DNA of 64,000 nucleotides from Calditrichia bacterium (GTDB lineage Bacteria; Calditrichota; Calditrichia; RBG-13-44-9; J075): NCBI GenBank assembly GCA_050633245.1, contig JBOEGD010000009.1, positions 64,001 to 128,000 of the forward strand, read 5' to 3'. Shown piece by piece: positions 60,515 to 64,000 of this stretch (position 1 is its first letter; each line of letters starts with the position of its first letter). The notes under the pieces were generated by a model. It saw only the letters and a program-made list of their open reading frames with translations, ran no database searches and was not told where the DNA came from. The position numbers and the translations under genes were made by a program.

Positions 60515-60684
60515 TTGATTTTATTTGCAACGAATGTAATAGAGCAATGAGTAAAAGGATGTGCTTCCCGGCGCAGCAAATAAAACGCTGTTGGCGGGAA
60601 TAAATAGAAAGGTAAGCACTTTCTATTCAGGCTTCAAGTGTCATCTGAAGCCTGATAATATGATCGTGCGACTCGCAAAAAATT

Positions 60685-61455
60685 TTAGTCCTTTTTGCCG
60701 GCGTCGTATTTTTTCCATTTATTGGCAGGTTGGGCAAGGCGATCGGAGACAATTTCCAATACCAGTGGATTATGCCCAAGTCCAAAGTGGCTACCCAGCA
60801 CTTCAATGTTTTGAGTCTCTGGGCCTTCAGTAGCTTCCATACAGTGCTGCCACTGCACAACACCATCATATTTGGAGTAAATAGCTGTCGTTGGTACCGG
60901 AGGAGGTTTGACAATTTCCTTCACCAGTTCCTCATCCAGTTCCTTAATCTCACGTCCGGACAGCCATTCATAAAGGCGCGTCACGTTGTTCACTTCGGTA
61001 ATTCCGCCAAAGGGTGAGCCCAACGTTATGACTTGCCTGACCAGCTCCGGGTTCGCTCTGGCTAATTCGCGCGAGAATACACCGCCCAGGCTCCATCCGA
61101 TAAGCGTCACCTTTTGCTGATGCTTATCGACCAGCTCTTTTAGCGTTGCAGAGAGCGTCTCCAGATATTCCTGCTTGCCCATATTTCTTCCAAGACCCCA
61201 ATCGTATGCAGCATAGCCGCCTTCGTTTAGGAAATTACGCAGTGGAATGGTAGAAAGACTACTGGCAAGATACCCCGGCAACACCATAACCGGATGCCCG
61301 TCGGATTTTAATTCATTTTTCAAACGTGGTCTGGCGAGGAAAAAAAGGCCGAGCTCAAAGAGGGCTCGTCCACCTTCTGTGGCGAGCAATAACTTAGACG
61401 GTGGCTTTATGGGTTTGGCCGAAGCCGTTGTTTCACTTTTCATCAGATTGCTCAT
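60685..61455 (-). CDS. Alpha/beta hydrolase (lipase/esterase, PGAP1-like)
   Basis: VLPG, GWSLGG nucleophile, ITLGSP, DGVV and SHFGL motifs. Confidence 0.88.
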   Translation of the reverse strand: MSNLMKSETTASAKPIKPPSKLLLATEGGRALFELGLFFLARPRLKNELKSDGHPVMVLPGYLASSLSTIPLRNFLNEGGYAAYDWGLGRNMGKQEYLETLSATLKELVDKHQQKVTLIGWSLGGVFSRELARANPELVRQVITLGSPFGGITEVNNVTRLYEWLSGREIKELDEELVKEIVKPPPVPTTAIYSKYDGVVQWQHCMEATEGPETQNIEVLGSHFGLGHNPLVLEIVSDRLAQPANKWKKYDAGKKD

Positions 61456-62857
61456 CTAATAGCTTCTCCAATTCATTCAATTCATCCCGAATATAACTGC
61501 AGTAATTATACACGTCTGGCATAACTTCTTCGCAAGAAGTCGCACAAATACTCACCAAACCCGCATAGCTAAACACAGTAATCATTAATCCGAGTCCATC
61601 CATGGTAATCCCAAGGCCATAGTGACGCACTAAACGCGCACCATTCATAAATAGTGGAACTGGTGGCCCGGGAACATTTGTAATAACAAGATTGTAAAAT
61701 GGCCGGTGGAGCTCAGAAAGCCCCATGCGAGTGTACACCTTACTTGCCAAACCACTTAACTCTGATGGCAGAAAATCCATCAGCTTCTCGGCGGAGATCG
61801 CGCGACCAACCTCCTTCGAAGACTTTGTTGTCTTACGAATCGCTTTTAATCGTTCAAGCGGATCTGCAATTTCTGTTGCCAGCGAAATAAACATCGCGGA
61901 GACCTTATTTCCAGCCTGCCCCTGTTCGCGCTCATCGCGAACCGAGATCGGCACCATTGCCGACATCCCCTTCTCTGGCAACGCATCTTTTTCGAGCAAA
62001 TATCGTCTGAGGGCTCCGGCGCAGATGCCCAATACAACATCGTTTAGTTTTACCTCTGCAGCCGCACGCACCTTCTTTAGTGTTTTCAATGGAAGGTCAA
62101 CGGCGCCAAAAATTTTGTTCTGAGTAACCGGCACGTTTAAGATACTATTTGGGGCGGTCATCGGAAGAGCCGGCGGAGAGCTAAGTCCATCAACGAGTTC
62201 CTTTGAGATGTCCAATGCGTTGCCGGCCGTTTCCCCGATAAAACTAAGCAGCTTCATCGGCGTATTTAGAATACCCTTGTAGCTTCGAGCAATCAGATCT
62301 GTTGTAGAAGGAATTTCTTCCGGCATCCACTCTTCTGCAGGCGGCGGCACGTCTCGTGGTTCCGCCGTAAGATCATAAATAACCCCCATGATTTCTGCAC
62401 CAGATCCGCCATCGATATTGGCATGATGAATTTTGGCTAAAACAGCGAAGGAATTCGGCGGCAATTCTTCAATGCCATTTATTCCGGAAATACAGGTGAG
62501 GCTCCAAAGCGGCCGACTTCGGTCGAGCGGGGTATTATATATTTGCGCGGCCAATTTAGCCAACCCGCGCATGCCTCCGGGTTTTGGCAGAGCGACATGA
62601 AAAAGGTGGTGATCCAGGTGAAAGTCGGGATCGCGAATCCACACCGGACGTCCAAGATCCAGCGGAACTTCAACAAGACGGCGACGAAAAATCGGAGAAA
62701 GGTGAAGGCGTGACGCAAAGAAGCGCTTGAACTCATCGAAATCAAAGCTACCTTTGGGGTCCTCTGGGACGTAAATATGCAGACCACCAATATGCATCGG
62801 AGTCTTATTCGTTTCGAGCTGTAAAAATAGCGTATCCTGAGCAGAAAGCTGCTCCAT
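61433..62857 (-). CDS. Wax ester synthase/diacylglycerol acyltransferase (WS/DGAT)
   Basis: PMHIG, LDRSRPLW, catalytic HHANIDG, NDVVL and NLVITNVPGP motifs. Confidence 0.93.
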   Translation of the reverse strand: MEQLSAQDTLFLQLETNKTPMHIGGLHIYVPEDPKGSFDFDEFKRFFASRLHLSPIFRRRLVEVPLDLGRPVWIRDPDFHLDHHLFHVALPKPGGMRGLAKLAAQIYNTPLDRSRPLWSLTCISGINGIEELPPNSFAVLAKIHHANIDGGSGAEIMGVIYDLTAEPRDVPPPAEEWMPEEIPSTTDLIARSYKGILNTPMKLLSFIGETAGNALDISKELVDGLSSPPALPMTAPNSILNVPVTQNKIFGAVDLPLKTLKKVRAAAEVKLNDVVLGICAGALRRYLLEKDALPEKGMSAMVPISVRDEREQGQAGNKVSAMFISLATEIADPLERLKAIRKTTKSSKEVGRAISAEKLMDFLPSELSGLASKVYTRMGLSELHRPFYNLVITNVPGPPVPLFMNGARLVRHYGLGITMDGLGLMITVFSYAGLVSICATSCEEVMPDVYNYCSYIRDELNELEKLLDEQSDEK

Positions 62858-63066
62858 AAGTCCATCCACGGTTACAGGGTTGTGAGTCAAAACAACTTAC
62901 AATATATCAAACTATCTCTTGCACCGAACTTATGCAAGAGTGCAAAATATTTCAGATGTGAGACGCTAAATCTGTGATCCCCGTATCCGCTAACCTTCCG
63001 TGCGATCTTATCTTAATTAAGATGTCCCGTTTCTAATTTTTCCACAGTATTCATTGAAAGGATTCT

Positions 63067-64000
63067 ATGGTGTATAAGATACCGCTTCGTATTGATTCAA
63101 TAAAAATATTCATCTCAGTTCTTGCTCTCGTATGCCTGTTTTCTGCACAGATTTTTGCGCAATCAACCCCTGTACTATTGAATGATTGGGTTGAAGAGGG
63201 TCTTGACAGCAATGGCAATTGGACCGTTTCGCAAGATAATCGTTCCGTCTTGCAGAGCATTAATGGGGCGCCGACTTTTTTTGTAAGTCCGGACACCTTC
63301 ATTAATACAACATTTGAAGGCAAGTTCTCCGTTCGCACAACAAGCGACAATGACTTTATAGGCTTTGTCTTTGGCTTTAACAGACCGGTTGGCGAAGAAG
63401 ACTATTTCGATTTTTTGCTGTTCGATTGGAAACAAGGTGACCAGAGCATTGGAGGTCGTTTCGCACCCGCCGGGTTTACTCTTTCCAGAATAGAAGGTAC
63501 CGTTAGCGGCAATCTTGCCAGCGGAAACCATCCCTATTGGAATCACTCCGATTCAACAATTACAATCCTCGATTCTATGTATGCAGATAGCCTGGGCTGG
63601 CAAGACAGTCTGGAATATTCCTTCAACCTCTTGTATGAAACCGGAAGAATTCAAATAAGCATAGATAATGACGTTATTTTTGATGTCGAAGGTACCTTCC
63701 CTGAAGGCAGATTTGGCTTTTATAACTATTCTCAGGCACTGGTGCGTTACCAGGGATTTACGCTTAATGAATTTCCACAGGCAAATAACGACATTGCGAT
63801 CGTTCCTGAAGACAGTGTTTTTACAATACCCGTCCTTTCAAATGATACTGATCCGGACGAGAATCCTCTCCAGGTTGTGTCTACATCAGGTGCTTTCCAT
63901 GGCATGGTGAATATTGGAAGCGGAGATTCGACAATCGTATATTTTCCAAGTACAAATTTTAACGGCGCAGACAGTTTCATGTACTTTATTGACGACGGAT
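63067..64000 (+). CDS. Secreted thrombospondin C-terminal-like lectin domain plus Ig/cadherin-like (Big_9) repeat protein, truncated by the window end
   Basis: Missing from the ORF track. My translation: signal peptide, WTVSQD..SVLQSING.P, SDNDFIGFVFG, DWKQ, GRFGFYNYSQ, then PQANND...EDS...VLSNDTDPD...NFNGADSF. Confidence 0.8.
   Translation, partial: MVYKIPLRIDSIKIFISVLALVCLFSAQIFAQSTPVLLNDWVEEGLDSNGNWTVSQDNRSVLQSINGAPTFFVSPDTFINTTFEGKFSVRTTSDNDFIGFVFGFNRPVGEEDYFDFLLFDWKQGDQSIGGRFAPAGFTLSRIEGTVSGNLASGNHPYWNHSDSTITILDSMYADSLGWQDSLEYSFNLLYETGRIQISIDNDVIFDVEGTFPEGRFGFYNYSQALVRYQGFTLNEFPQANNDIAIVPEDSVFTIPVLSNDTDPDENPLQVVSTSGAFHGMVNIGSGDSTIVYFPSTNFNGADSFMYFIDDG

Overview
Bacterial chromosomal window. 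The host is probably an FCB-related lineage such as Calditrichota; this is inferred from secreted proteins ending in YPNPFNP-type sorting domains, Shine-Dalgarno RBSs and the gene content. 1-18.8 kb is housekeeping and envelope genes (glycosyltransferases, hybrid PAS/GAF kinase, accA, DPM1-like GT2, rfbD, PfkB kinase, purE, DUF2723, MFS). 18.9-28.2 kb holds regulatory modules (input-less sigma54 activator with a UAS/IHF/-24-12 target promoter, ECF/anti-sigma pair, CadC-like regulator with a secreted beta-propeller). About 28.2-48.8 kb is a visibly AT-richer accessory region downstream of a tRNA-Leu(CAA) gene (48777-48860, minus strand). It is bounded by displaced, decayed tRNA 3' fragments (30873-31000 and more weakly 28216-28256) and carries integrase, RuvC-like and IS3-like remnants. 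Its cargo looks like a defence/conflict island: a PIN-GNAT-PUA plus ASCH pair, two pentapeptide-TIR paralogues with conserved ends and a variable core, a pentapeptide-CHAT caspase-like protein and small TM effector-like genes. The best novelty candidate lies between the TIR paralogues: an ECF sigma factor with an extra C-terminal module, coupled to a 2-TM protein ending in a non-catalytic eIF2B-alpha-like domain, with both proteins sharing the same ~30-aa helical motif. 49-64 kb contains a HigBA-like pair, UDG, a CDC-like cytolysin lipoprotein, the tol-pal operon with heptamer VNTRs and REP-like clusters, an atypical S8 protease, WS/DGAT plus hydrolase, and a truncated thrombospondin-C/Ig adhesin. 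All family assignments come from motif recognition by eye, with no database searches.
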